A stretch of 64,000 nt of DNA. It comes from Octopus sinensis (Eukaryota). Each line of letters starts with the position of its first letter. Position 1 is the stretch's first letter. A model generated the notes under the pieces. It worked only from the letters and a program-made list of their open reading frames with translations. It did not search any database and had not been told where the DNA came from. Of this stretch, positions 41,094-55,469 are shown piece by piece. A program made the position numbers and the translations under genes. The stretch spans positions 57,660,001 to 57,724,000 of the forward strand of contig NC_043010.1 of assembly GCF_006345805.1 (NCBI RefSeq). Reading direction: 5' to 3'.

Positions 41094-41320
41094 TCATCAT
41101 CATCATCATCATCGTTTAATGTCCGTTTTCCGCGCTAGCACGGGTTGGACGGTTTGACCGGGGTCTGGGGAGCAGGGACTGTCCCAGGCTCCAGTCTGAT
41201 CTGGCAGTGTTTCTACAGCTGGATGCCCTTCCTAATGCCAACCACTCCGCGAGTGTAGTGGGTGCTTTTTACGTGCCACCTGCACAGGTGCCAGAGGGGT
41301 CTGGCATCGGCCACGATCGG
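41094..41320 (-). mobile_element. SINE family B
   Basis: (cat)n tail, gggttggacggtttgacc, ccaaccactccgcgagtgtagtgg. Confidence 0.85.
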
Positions 41321-42131
41321 TTATTGCCTTTTTTCGTTGCATTGCGGCAGGGGGGAGGGTTCCGGCAGAGAGGAGAGAGGGAGAGAGAGTGGGGGGGATG
41401 CATGTAATATAGGGGAGCACCAGTGGGGAAGGTTTGGGGTAAAGAGAAACGATGACAGGTAGGGTTGGTGGCAGGTTCTAGACAGAATGAAAAGTAGGAA
41501 GTAAAACGTAGGATATCACGAGTGGGGGAGGGGGCTGGAAGGAGATAGCCGGTTGAGGCAGTGACATATTTCAAAACAGGAGGAACATAAGATAACAGGT
41601 TAAGTGGGACGTTTGATGAGCTGCAGCGCTAGCTGCTTCTGTCCAGGGGGAGAGAGGCAGGGGTAAAATATATAGTGAGAAAGTATATTGAGGAGGAGGG
41701 GTAGGAGGAACAGACACTGGTGGGGGTGGGAGGGCGGGCAAACCACGAACGAATGGCGGGCTGCGAGATTTTGATTGGGGACAGTAGACTTAAAACAATC
41801 GGGGTTTGAAGAAATGAACAGAGTAACGAACAAATTAACTTGGTACCGAGGGGTTAAACAAATTAAAGGGTTACATTTTAAGAACAAGCAGGATTAGTGA
41901 ATAGATTCGAACATTTAAGGGTTAGTGGCAAATGTATGTGTGTAGTACAAGAGTCGGAAGAAATGAAATGAGAATTCTTAGCTTGCTTGCTATGATCATC
42001 GCCGTGTGGTCAAGAAAGGGTGAATGAAAGAGAAGCACACGAGGTGATTATTTATATAGGTTCACCGGAAGGGGGTTGGAAAGACAGAAGTTTTGATTGA
42101 GGATTAGTGAATAGATTCGAACATTTAAGGG

Positions 42132-42206
<75 letters not shown>

Positions 42207-42217
42207 TAGATATATAT

Positions 42218-42375
42218 GAAGGATTCTTTCGGTTTCTGTCTGCCAAATCCACTCACAGGGTTTCAGTCAGCCCAAGGCTCTAGCTGAAGACAGTGGTCCA
42301 AGGTGATGCACAGTGGGACTGAACCCAAAGCCATATGGTTGGGGAACAAGCTTCTTGCCACACAACCATGCCTAT
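42218..42375 (-). mobile_element. SINE family C head
   Basis: gtttctgtctgccaaatccactcac...ccaaggtg...cagtgggactgaaccc. Confidence 0.8.
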
Positions 42376-44069
42376 GTACACACACACATTACATACATCC
42401 TGCAATCCAATAAGTGAAACAAGTAAAATATAAAAGATGTATATTACCTGTGTATATAGAACTACATTTTCCAGTGTGTTCTTTCCTAATTTCAGAATGT
42501 AGTGTATGATTTGAGGGAAATTTAGCTACTATATCTAACAAACAAGCAGCTTATACTGGCTTTATCTCTTGTTGTTGTTGTTATGTATTCCCAAGTGAGT
42601 CAAAGTCAAACCAAACTATGATGTGAGATTGTTTGAATTCTATATTGTTTATAGAATGAATAATTGAACAAACTAATATGAAGATCAAGCCGTGACCACC
42701 ACTACTGTAACCACCACAAGAACCAACAGCCTGTAACATAACACACTGTTATATATACCAATGTATGCATAAAGCTCCATCTGGTGGTGGTATGGTACAT
42801 CAAGAGCAACAGGCCTCTAGGTGGTCAGTCCACTGGCTAGAAATAGCTGTCATATCTCCTTCACATTTGGATGATATATTCCTAGATGGACTATGACGAA
42901 AAGATGAGTGGGTGTCCAAAAGTCTGCTTAACAACAATACCTACAACAACAATAACAACAACAACATTAGTCCATAGGATTGACTTCACTGTTATCACCA
43001 ACACCGACACCAACACCATCAATATCACCACCACCACCACCACCACCACCACCAAAGACAACAACAGCAATAACAACAGTGATGACAGCCACCTGAAGGA
43101 CACCAGTGACAACAACAACAACATCTCTATGACAGAACGTGACTGAGATGCTGTGAAGTGAATACTTGTGAGAAGCACCAACACAACACACACACACACC
43201 ACACACACACACAACAGTGCTTATACATTGTATACACATCTACATACACACTATATACTGACACACTGTATATAGAGTGTATAAATATATATACATATAT
43301 ATATACACCAGACACTCTACACATTGTGCAGTACATATACATATACATATGTATGCACCACACTCAATTAAATTATGCACACAACATTCATACATACACA
43401 TATACACTAGTTTTACATTATCTACACTATACAAGCCACAAATACATTATACACATAACGCACACATAGTTTATAAACACAGATACTATATATACCATAC
43501 GCACATACTGTAAAAACACAGATACTATATATGCAGTATATATATACACAACACACACCTTATTCCATTGAAATTCTCTCAACGTTTGGAAAGTAGCGCC
43601 ATGACACAACAGAGAAAACAGCCAACGGCAGCATCAACAAGGTCAACAGAGAATTGGTAAAATTGAATGCAAAAATTTCGGGGAGCAAGAAGAGAAAGAA
43701 GAGGAAAAAATGCCTGAAGCACAGAGTTCTTTTATTGTATTTCGTTTTTCAGTGAAAATTGCTAGATTTTAAAGCCATTAACTCTTGCTACGAACTTGGC
43801 AGACGATAAAGAATGGAGAGGTTGATGAAAATGGTGTTGTTTGATTGACACAGAATGTTATGTTATCGTGGTTGTCCAGTCACTGGGTTGTAAATGCAAA
43901 GCTGGAACAATGACGGCAAATAATGGTCGATGCTAGACGCTGGAACAGGAAATTATTAAATGTAAATCTTTAACGAAGTTCTGAGACTAACTTCTGATTT
44001 AATCCAATTCTTTCTCTCTCCCTCCCCTTCCCCCCTTCTTTCACAATTTACTAATTTTCTTTCTTTCTG

Positions 44070-44100
<31 letters not shown>

Positions 44101-44382
44101 GTGTGTGTGTATGTATAATTCTTTACTTCCTGCACAGTCTGCTCTCAAACGATGTCTTTGGTCAACAGATAACAGCCGTTATTGACACCTCCACTCTCTC
44201 ACTCCTCTTTTCTCTCTCCCTCTCTGTTGTGTGTGTGTTTGAGTGTTTGTTACTGTTTAACTTTTAGACATTCCATTACAGTTTGCAGCTCAACCGACTC
44301 AGCTATTGTAGCAACAATAGCTGTTTGTGTATAGTCTATGTTGTACATGTCGTATCTTTGTGAATGTGTGTGTGTGTGTGTA

Positions 44383-45763
44383 TAGGGTGTCCCAAATTTA
44401 AGACAACCAACTTTTTTTCAATTTTGTCAAAGCAAAATATTGTTATATTTTGGGTCTGAGCATTGCAATGCAATGGTAAAGAATATACAATCATGACACT
44501 ACCACATCTATTTGATATGACCACCTCTCTTTTGAATTACATCCTAGGTATGAATGCTTCACACACACAGCACACAGCTGCTCTTGTATAGTCGAGGCCT
44601 TCAGAATGTCGAGAAATGCATGAGGTGTGCTCGAGAGCCTTGTCTCCAAGATGGACCAAACAGAAGAATCCAACAGATTGAGATTGGGGCTTCTTGAGCG
44701 CCATACATCCTTGCCTATGAACGACGAAATATTTTTCTGTTTGGAACTGTGGGTTGGGGCCAAGTCCAGTTGGATGCTCCAAGGGGTACCTTGAAAATGC
44801 TTCTTTGCTCATGGAAGCAGTTCAGCTTCCAGAATGTCACTTATGTATCACTGGGTGTTAATTTTAACACCTGAGCACACAGAAACGAGGGAAGACTATA
44901 ACTGACTTTGGATTTTGACGTCGATTTACAAGTCTACACTCAACAGAGCCAGACACATGCCAAAAACGGTCATTCTGGTGGTTTACTGTCAATTCAGTGT
45001 CAAATTTCTTTTCATAGTGAGTACCAGGTTGACCAGCATGCTTTCAGCAATCTGATGCAGGATAAGACGACTTCTCTCCAGTATCATGGTCTTATAAACA
45101 TGCGTGAGCTTATGACGGTAGATCATCTTGTAGGGGTGGGTCCTGAGATCCTCTTTCAGCACTTGATCCATCAATGTTCAGCTTATTTTTGCTGTGGCAG
45201 CCAGTTCTCTGATGGAACAACAAGAATTTCACTGTATCCTTTTTCTGGCACTTTTGATAAGCTGAAGGGCCTACACATTTCTTTTACAGCCACGTGCAGA
45301 TTGATCAGTGGTGGAACCAGTCTCTTGAAATCATCCTCATCATCGTTTAACGTCTGTTCTCCATGCTAGCATGGGTTGGACAGTTCGACCGGGATCTGGG
45401 AAGCCAGAAGGCTGCACCAGGCTCCAGTCTGATCTGGCAGTGTTTCTACAGCTGGATGCCCTTCCTAATGCCAACCACTCTGTGAGTGTAGTAAAAATCT
45501 CTTGACAATTTTCTAGACTGTTGTTCGGTTAATTTTAAGCTTTTTTGCTATAGTTGTATTGCTTCCACCTCCTTTGTGGAGGGTTATGATTGTATTTCGG
45601 TCTATAGCCATCATCTAATTTATAAATCTGAATTTATTTAGTCTGAAACAAAAAGAAGCAACACCAAGCTTTTATAATGATGGATAATTTTCATATCTTA
45701 TCACATTTTATTGATAGTTATTAAAGCCCAAAGCTTTGGTTGCCTTAATTTCTGGACACCCTG
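44383..45763 (-). mobile_element. Decayed near-full-length Tc1/mariner (maT/DD37D-like) transposon with nested SINE B (45332-45492)
   Basis: TIRs (c/t)agggtgtcc...aaatt(t)aag(a/g)caacc at both ends; transposase traces KEDLRTHPYK, DLAPTH, WRSRSPNLNLLDSSVWSILE. Confidence 0.88.
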
Positions 45764-46039
45764 TGTATACACACACACACACACACACATATATACATAC
45801 ATATATGTCCGAAATGGTCATGACTTCTGGTACTTAACTGAAGAAAGAAGGCCACAAATGACACGTCTGTTTTTGCCTGTCCTAATTGTTGTTTCTCTTG
45901 TCTGCCTTTGTATCACTTATCTGTCCAAATGTTTTATTGTCCTATATTACGTTTTTGTTCCTTTTTTATTTTATATATATGTGTGTGTGTGTGTGTATGT
46001 GTGTGTGTGTGTGTGTATGTGTGTGTGTGTGTGTACAAT

Positions 46040-46850
46040 CTTTGTATATATACACACGTGACCTTCAATCTTTGTTAAAAATTTCCTTGTGCCTTCTATA
46101 GTATGCAGGAGACATAATACCCTCTTCTGGATTATAAGTGAATTCAGAAATTGAGTTCACCACACCGTCTGGCATAAACGAACTTACTGAATTTTCAGAC
46201 TTCTTTGACTGTAACTCAATTAATTGTTGCTGTTGTAATATTTGCTTCTGCAACTCCTGTAGTTGTTTTTGTTGCTTCTCTTGAGGGCTGTATTACTGCA
46301 ATCAATAGGCTCTCCATAATCTAACAATTTGTATGACCCACAAATTGTTAAATAACCTATGTGAACTTTAAAAAATCCTCTTCACCAGATGTTATATCCT
46401 TATACCTCCTCCAATATCACAGTACGGTTGATATGGTCACATGACAGATAAAGAATGCATGGGAACAAACAGTGTTATAACAGTACAAAATAGAAACAGC
46501 AGCAGAAACAAACACGTAACGAACTGACAATCAATATTTCCAAGAAAACTTCCTCGAACTGTAAATTGCACCTGGACTTTGAAGAGCAAACTACAAACTG
46601 CTGACTACATCAGACTGCTACTATTTAGGGAGAGTTTACGAAAAAAAAAACAAAATATGAAGACAGGTGGTGTACAAAACAAACAGATGTATTAGTATAA
46701 CACTCAGGAATAGAAAAAGTCTTTTACGTTTCGAGCCTACGCTCTTCTACAGAAAGGGACAGAAAAAAATGTGTGTAGTGGCTAATGATCTATCATGGCG
46801 ACTGTTACTATTTATATGTAGTGATCCCATCTGTTCTTGTTACCACAACA
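46040..46850 (-). mobile_element. Gypsy-type LTR retrotransposon remnant: 5' LTR (~46390-46850), PBS, gag N-terminus
   Basis: Minus strand: LTR TG...CA, TATAAATA box, PBS-like tggtgaagagg (46377-46387), gag-like QQQQLIEL...NSISEFTYNPEEGIMSPAYYRRHKEIF. Confidence 0.7.
46628..46799 (-). mobile_element. ~170 bp HHR-bearing short element with 14-15 bp TSD (HHR 46721-46756)
   Basis: TSD gactgctactattta (46613-46627) / gactgttactattta (46800-46814); cttt-CTGTAGA-a gagc gtag gctc-GAAA-CG-TA-aaag; second copy at 62155-62333. Confidence 0.8.
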
Positions 46851-46859
46851 AACCCCCTC

Positions 46860-46995
46860 AGTCAGGCAGTAAAGTGGCACTGGAAAAGATGTCTTACAGT
46901 ATTCCTTCTGGTTCTTTTGCATTCTGAGTTCAAATTCCACTGAGGTCAAATGAACCTTTCAGTCCTCTGAAGTCAATAAAATAAATTATCAGTAA
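46860..46995 (+). mobile_element. SINE family A, degenerate (also 50835-50990 +, 25060-25150 -, 37470-37570 -)
   Basis: ttctgagttcaaattccactgaggtcaa...gtcaataaaataaattatcag. Confidence 0.6.
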
Positions 46996-48456
46996 TTAAA
47001 AATGAACCTCTTCTCACTTTGAGTTCATCTTTCAAACAGTTAGCTCTTTTGGTTCATGAAGAAAATCTCTTTGGCCATTTCCATCTGTAGAATACTTAAC
47101 CATTTCTTTTTATTGATTTTTAAGGTACAGCCATTGCATCTGCCACTGCTGCTCCCACTACTACTACTACTACAACCACTACCACCATCATCACCACCAC
47201 CACCACCACCACCATCACTACTACTACTTTTGCTATTGTTGTATGTTGGGGTTTAACTGAGTTCAGTGTTATTGTCAATACTGATGAAGCAGACCTATGA
47301 TCAAAGCCATTCCAGCCATGACCATCCTTTCTAATGACACGTACCTATGAATAAATTATCTGATGTGTTCTTTCCATCTTTAAGACATTGATGCATGTCT
47401 TGAGTGAGATTTGGCTGGTGTTTCTAGCAAGTTCAAAAACCATATAGTAACTTTCTCTCTCATCACCTTAACTATTTTATATTATTGTTGTTGTTGTTAG
47501 TGGTGGTGTTGTTATCATTAGTGTTGTTGTTGTTGCTATAGCACCTCTCCCCACCCCCTATGCGTGTGTCTTATTTCTTCAGTAAACCCAGAATGTTCCA
47601 CAGGATTCTAACCTTAGGCAGCAGCAGCAGCAGCAGCAGCAGCAAGCTGTTTATTGTGATTTGCTGTTGAGCTCTGAATGTTTTCCTTTTGTATTTCCAA
47701 CTTGATTTAACGAACACACACCTACAATTATTTAATTAAAAACAAACATTGTCTTTTCATAAAATAAACTTGCAGTTTGTCTCTTATTTGAACAAGTTTG
47801 TATCTTTATTATTATTTTAATTTTTTTCCCTTCATATTTGTCTCTGAGATTTAAGTTGTTTTTGTTGTTTTTATTTTATGGATGGAGGTAGAAGAGGAAG
47901 AGGAGGAGTCAGAAAATAAACAAGGCAGGCTTTGAATTGCATCCTATGTTTTCTTTACTCTGTGCATGTGTGTGTATGTGAGCATATGTGTGTATGTGTG
48001 TGTTTGATTTTCTGTTGGTGCATGATGAGGTTAGCAAATGTCTTACAGGCATTATATTTGCAATTCAAGTTGAACAGTGTAAATGGTCACATGACTTGAA
48101 ACTCAGAAAGCACAAAGTGTTTGGGTCCCTGTGATAGCAAAGTTAATCCCTTAGGGTATTCCCTCAATGTTTATCTAATCTTATTTAAAGAATATGTTTG
48201 TGTTAATATGTTGTTTTCTTTTGTTCTAAGGGGCCTCCTGTCAAAAAGAACAACTGGAATGGAGAAGTTGGTTGGTGTGTGGCTGTCATTAAGTTAAACA
48301 ATGTCTGTTCTATGATGTGAAGACTTCATGTAATCACCGAAGTCTTGGGGACATCAGAAGAGGAATCAGAAACTTGGTGTTGCAGAAGACACCCAGTCAC
48401 CAGTTTCCAAAGTTTCTGGTTGTTATTCAGTGATCAGTAGACAAGTTAGAATTGTT

Positions 48457-48557
48457 TGTGCTACATGTTTGGAAAGGGAGGTTATCACTTTAACTGTGCT
48501 ACATGTTTTTATGGAGGAGGTTATCAGTTTAATTGTGCTACAAGTTTGGAAGGGTGG
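48457..48557. repeat. ~39 bp tandem repeat, 2.5 copies
   Basis: tgtgctacatgttt...ggaggttatca(c/g)tttaa units. Confidence 0.8.
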
Positions 48558-49027
48558 AAAGCTCTCATTCTCATGTACAACATCTGTCCAAGTCAAAATG
48601 CTTATTTTCTTACATTATCAATCTAAACATGTTACATGTTTCCTATTTAGATTGCTAGAATGTACATGCTGCATGTTTCAAGAAAATTAAATTCACTCAT
48701 GTAGCATAGATGTGGTCTCTATGATTATTAATAGTGCATGTTTCAGAACCAATAATTCTGACACACTTTATGTATTTCTGACTACGCATACAGACAGATG
48801 TGACAAAAGCCCTAATTATACATGCTACATGTGTTGGGTATCTACGACTATCCATGCCACTGCATATACTGAAGCTGAGGCCCTTGTTCTCACAGGTTAT
48901 ATGTGTTTAGCATTTCTGACAAACTACGTTACATATTTCAAGACTGTTAGCTTACACATGTGTGCTTTGAATGTCGTGTCTAACATTGTTGTCTGTGCCA
49001 AGGCCATAAATTGACACATGTGTGATA

Positions 49028-49930
49028 TGAGGCAGTACCAAAAAGTTCCAGGACTAGTTTTGTAGCACGCCAACAAAGGGCAGCACACAGTTGCATGTGC
49101 AGTGTGAGAGCTAGCAGTGACTTCATGAGGCAGTGTGTTGAGTGATATTGCTGTGTCTTCTTTGCAAGTTGTGAAGTTTGTGTTCTTGTGATCACGTGTA
49201 TGTTGTACTCTATGGTTTTTGTCATGGACAGGAACAAAGAGCCAATGTGAAATTTGGCATTAAACTTGGTAAGTCTGCTACAGAGACATTGAGCCTGCTT
49301 CGGCAAGCTTACAGCAACAAGGCAATGGGTTGTATGCAATGTTTTGAGTAACATGGGCGCTTGAAAAGTGGAAGTATATCTCTGGAAGATGAGGAGTGAT
49401 CTTGAAGACTGGTCACAAGTGTCACCCCTGCAAATGTGGAGAAAATCCATCAGCTTGTGCATGAGGCTCGTTGGAAGACAATCAAGGAGATTTTGAAGCA
49501 TTTGAAGGACATTCAACAAAACTGGCCAGATCTGTGGAGCATGAAGAACTGGATTCTTTATGACCACATTGCACCCTGTCACAAAGCTCTCCTCACTTAT
49601 GGCTTTCTTGCCAAAATCAACATGGTATCCCTTCAGCACCTGCCCTGTTCATCAGATTTTTGCACGTGTAGACTTCCAGTTTTCCCCCAAGTTGAAAATG
49701 CAGCTCAAAGGTTGCTATTTTAACACCGTTATTGAGATCCAGAGTGGATCGCTGAAGGTCCTTGACTCACTTAGGGAAAGCAACTTCCAGGCCAGATTCC
49801 AGAAGGTATGTTGGTACTGATGTTTTGCTGCGCAAGATGACTATTTCGAAGGAGATGATGTTAAAACTTACATAAACAAATTATTTTCTATCAAACATAA
49901 CTAGTCTGGGATCATTTTTAGACCACCTCA
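49028..49930 (+). mobile_element. Internally deleted mariner (DD34D-like) transposon
   Basis: TIRs tgaggcagtaccaaaaagttccaggactagtt / aactagtctgggatcatttttagaccacctca; WILYDHIAPCH...QHLPCSSDF (decayed HDNAPxH and HPPYSPDL), FSPKLKMQLKG. Confidence 0.88.
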
Positions 49931-50139
49931 TCTGATGTAGGTGTCTCTCTCTGACTCTGCTACATCTTTGCCAAATCATCATTCAAGGCACTCTACATGT
50001 TTCCACGACGCCAGAAAATGCACAACACTTGTTTCCCTACTATACATGTTTTTAACAACAGCAGAAGACCTAGGAATTGGGTGAGGGAAATGGATGATAT
50101 CACCAACCCCAGTTTTTGATTGATGTTTTATTTTTTTGC

Positions 50140-50445
50140 CCCATGGCACATAAAAAGCACCATCCGAATGTGGCCGATGCCAGTTCCACCTTGACTGGCT
50201 TCCATGCCGGTGGCACGTAAAAAGCACCAATCAATTGTGGCCATTGCCAGCCTCCTCTGGCCCCTATGCTGGTAGCATGTAAAAAGCACTCACTACACTC
50301 ACAGAGTGGTTGGCGTTAGGAAGGGCATCCAGCTGTAGAAAGGCTGCCAGATCAGACTGGAGCCTGGTGCAGCCTCCCGGCTTCCCAGACCCCATCGAAC
50401 CGTCCAACCCATGCAAGCATAGAAAACGGACGTTAAACGATGACA
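50140..50445 (+). mobile_element. SINE family B
   Basis: Internal units, then gagtggttggcgttaggaagggcatccagctgtag...ggacgttaaacgatga. Confidence 0.85.
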
Positions 50446-51849
50446 GTAATGAAAGACAAGAGTTGATTATGGTAGGACTTGCACTCAGGATGTGAAAAGC
50501 CAAAATACTGCCAGGAACTTTATCCAAAGCCCCAATGTGATGCTGCAAGATCTCATCATTAGGAATATCTGGGTTTCCTTGACTACAGAAAAAGACATAA
50601 TTTTAGGAGTGATTTGTTTCTGAACACAGCAGGATGTTATAAGGGAAACACAGGGTAATGAATCTCACCTGTTAGAAGTTAATTCCTCATTTCCATCAAT
50701 GACCACCTCACTTAAATATATGGATTCTCCATATATGTATGTCATATGACCTATTTATATTTTCTGCCAGTGTGTGCCTCATTCTTCTTCATCCAAATCT
50801 GACTGTTGATGGGGACGGGGTGGGAAAGGGAGGAATTGCTAAAGCATCAGACAAAATGTCTTGTGGTATTTCTTGCAGTTCTTTACATTGTGAGTTCAAA
50901 TCCTACTTAGGTCATCTTTGCCTTCCAACTCACTGGAGACAATAAAATGAGGAAGCACTCAAACGCTAGGGTCAGTGGTATCAACTAACCCATCCATGTG
51001 GCTTTCTGGACTCAGTAATCATGCATGTTTTTGTAACTTGTCTGTTCATGTAACCCCATGTTAAGATTTATTACTCCATGGATATGTGGTTGCTTTTATC
51101 AACTAATTATTTTATTTCTAAGGTTAAGCCCCACCCCACAAACATACACCCACACACAAACACACACATAAGACCACACACATGCACACATGAAGCGTAC
51201 ACACACTTCACTTCTTTACTCACTCTACATGTACTACATGTCTGCACATGTAGTACATGGTCTGAATTCTGTGACTCTGAAATCAATATCATGGCAAAAA
51301 AGGAGAATAGTAATGATGACGACGACGATGATGATGATGATCATCATCATCATAATGACGATGATGATGATGACCACGATGATGACGATGGTGACGATGA
51401 AACCTTGTCTAAATTGCCATGCCATTATTCCTAAGCCAGGCCGCAATCCAGTTTAGCACCAACTCCCCCCCCCATTTCCCTCCATCCACCACCACCACCA
51501 CCACCGCCGTCGCCGCCATTACTATCACCATATAAAATAAATTACAAATAATTAATTCTCTCCATTTTATTTTTTATTAAATTCTTTAAAATTGATTTCT
51601 GACATTTTCTTCTCCACTTTTTGTGTTTTTTTTCTTTAAATATTTTCTTCTTCCATTTTAACCCCCAAACCATACCTTTCGCCACTCCACCCCCGTGTGG
51701 TTGTCATCACTACAGTGAAATGAGGGGGGAGAGGGGGGAAAAGGAGAGACACACAGACACACAAAATCAAACTCATGCAATATTATACACAGCCTCCCAC
51801 ACACATTCACTTACATGAACTCTCACGCACACATATATGTAGACAGTAT

Positions 51850-51881
<32 letters not shown>

Positions 51882-52333
51882 CCACCACATATGAAAATGT
51901 ATACAGACACATCTGTACACATGTACACATGCAACCGCACAGAGACAACCTCATACACATACACAAACACTCACATACATACGCATGCAAACACAGACAA
52001 CCACACACACACACATGTATACACATACTACTGCCAATATCTAGGCACACTATCATGTGCAGGCAGTTGCACATGCAAGCATCAAGCCAACTACACACAC
52101 GCAAATACATATATATACATGCAATTATACGCATACAGATATACATATATGCATACACATATATACAACCACACACTAATACACACATAAATACACATTT
52201 GCACATATACACATATAACCTCACAACCAAATGCACAGCTACTTAAACACACACATGTATATACATGACTAGACATATATGTGCACACATGTATACACAA
52301 CCACACACACACTCATATATACATAAATATACA

Positions 52334-52375
<42 letters not shown>

Positions 52376-52531
52376 CACATGTATACACAACCGTACACAC
52401 ACACCATTACATTTATGTATATACACATGTATGCACAACACACACACATTTACACACAACCACACATATATGTATATACCACCATACATATTCATGCATG
52501 TATACTCAACCACGAATTTATATAGCACCAA

Positions 52532-52562
<31 letters not shown>

Positions 52563-53010
52563 TATATACCCAACCACACACTCTCATATATCACCACAGA
52601 TATATACATATATGATATATATACACATGTATACACACTTCTAGTTAGTGAATATATAGAATATACTTAAAAAGTCAAAGTTGATATTTGTTACTTCATT
52701 ATTTGGGGGTGGGGGGAGCAAGGTGTATATAGCAAGGTAACACAAACACACACACATATGTGAGTACACTGACGTTTATATGTATATACATGCAAACAAG
52801 CATATATATATATGCATTCACGCACATTTACATATATACACACATGTAGATTCATATTTATACATACTTATGTACACACGCAATATATGTATGTATACAT
52901 ATACATTGTATAAACTTATGTATATATGTGTGTGTGTGTCTGTGTGTGGATATATATATATGTGTGTGTGTATATATATATGTGTGTGTGTGCGTGTATA
53001 TGTGTGTGTG

Positions 53011-53055
<45 letters not shown>

Positions 53056-55300
53056 CCATATAAGTACACATGTGTGTATATATACACACACACACATGCA
53101 CATGTATATACATACATAGACCAATATATACATAGGTACGTGTACTTTTACCTTCATGTATGCATGAATGCATATATACATATAATATGAGTAGGCATAC
53201 ACACATACATATATAGACATATGGAGAAACACATTGATGTGAATGTAGAATGATGGTAGAATTAGTAGTCGTAATGGTGGTGGTGGTGGTGCTGGTGGTG
53301 GTGCTGGTGGTGCTGGTGTTACTATTTGTGGTGATGCTGGGGGTGTCATTGCTAGTGTGATGGTGATAGATTTTGTTGCTCCGGCAGGGATATTGGTTGT
53401 GGTGTTGATGTTGGTGGTGATAGCATTATTTAAAGTGATAATGTTCTTTCAATGCTTCTGGCGGTGATGTTGATAGTGTTGATATTTAAAGAATGGTGGC
53501 GCCACTAGTAGTAGTGACAACATCATAGAAACATTGCTGTCATCATCCTCTCCATATTTCCTTTTTGCTGTTTCATTCAACCCCACTCTACACACACACA
53601 CACACACCACACACACACACACCAGAGATCTGAATAAAGCCATGCAAACAATTCTTGCCAACTTTATTTCAAAGTTCTCATTATTTTCTACCCCCATCTT
53701 ACAAATATCCATTCAAGGTTTTTATTGCTTTTTAAAAGACTCTATAAAATATTCTATATACCTCTTATGTATGCATAATTCAAATATATTATATATAAGC
53801 ATATATATGCATTATACACATAAATATGTACATTATATTTGAATTATGCAAATGAAGCAGCTTTATAATTAAAAGGATGCAGGCCACAAACTTAACATGT
53901 GTGTGTGTTGCTTAAACACCAGAAGCTGTCTCAATCTTTTTTCCTTTTTTTTGTCATGTATACACAATGTTGATAAAGTGCAACCACGAAGAAATGCAGC
54001 ATCTCCCTCTCTCTTGTGATCCTTTCTGGGGTGGTTCTATTTCACCTAACTCTGAAGTATATTGTGCTTTTTAACATTGTATATCTTGAAAGGGATTCAC
54101 CCAGATGAAAAACCACGGCTTCTGCCAATTTAAACAATACACATACATTAAGAATGACATTTTGATAACACACACACACACATGCATATACGTAAGCATA
54201 TACACATGTGTGTGTATGTGTGTGTGTGCATTTGTTTGTGGAGTTAGGAACCTCCTTTGTAGCCTTGTGGTTTGGGTTCAGTCCCACTGCATGGCGCCTT
54301 GAACAACTTGGCAGACCAATTCTGAATGAATTTGTTTAATGGAATCCGTGTGGAAGCCCTGAGGAAGACCATATGTGCATGTGTGTGAGGTGAATGTGTG
54401 TGTGTATGTGTACACACACACACACACACACATGTACATCTGTTATTCATTCTGGCATGGCCTGGATGAATAGTCATGGTATGAATGAGCTCTTCTTTGG
54501 ATCGTTGCCCTCCTAGCCAGGGGTCATACCACTCGCAGCCCTTTTCATTTGGCATAGTCTCTTTGCTGCTACTGCTGCTGCTGCTTGCTGCTGCTGCTGC
54601 TGATGATGATGATGATGATAATAGTGGTGTTTCTGCTGCTATAAACAACTCACAGGATTCAGAGCAAGTTACCAAGCATTTTGGTGATGAAAATAAGAAG
54701 ACAAGTCTTAATTTTACATCAAACCCAGTAACACTACATGGTTACATGTCTACACCTCTATATCACTGTATATCTACATGACAGCATCACTACATCCCTA
54801 CATGGCTACATTACTCATTACTACATGTTTATAGCAAAGCCCCCATTGTTACAATATCATAAAGAAAATACGACATTGTACACATTAACTCCAAACATGA
54901 CCTCTCCTTCTCACTCACTCATTACTGCCTTCCTTGATCTCCTCCTTCTCCCGGGCTCACTACATCCCTCCCCACAATGACCTCTCACCTCCTCCCTACC
55001 TCTTCACTGACCAATCAACTGCAGGCTCATTTCACACTGGAGGTGTTAGTGAGTTATTAATCACGTGACACTTGAACCAACAGCTGATGGTCAGCAGGGA
55101 TTTGACCAGATGTATCCACTTTCTTAGTCTGTATGGTCAGTTGTCATTAGGAATTAGATTAGGTTTGGTAGTAGCTGTCTGTGTGTCCCTCCGCAATGTG
55201 TGTGGGTCAGTAACAGTGTGTGTGTGTGTATGTAAGTCAGTATATGTGGTTCACATGTTTTAGGTGTTAGTGTGAGTGTGTGTGTGTGTGTATATATGTG

Positions 55301-55350
<50 letters not shown>

Positions 55351-55417
55351 CATACAAATATATGCATACACACACACACACACACAAGAGCATAAATACA
55401 TATACATATATATATAA

Positions 55418-55469
<52 letters not shown>

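Noticed and set aside
43601-43660. GCC ATG start of MTQQRKQPTAASTRSTENW
   Set aside because: Only 19 codons, weak donor, and the downstream acceptor leads to stops in all frames
48231-48320. Acceptor ttttgttctaag followed by GPPVKKNNWNGEVG...
   Set aside because: No convincing donor; all frames close within 30 codons
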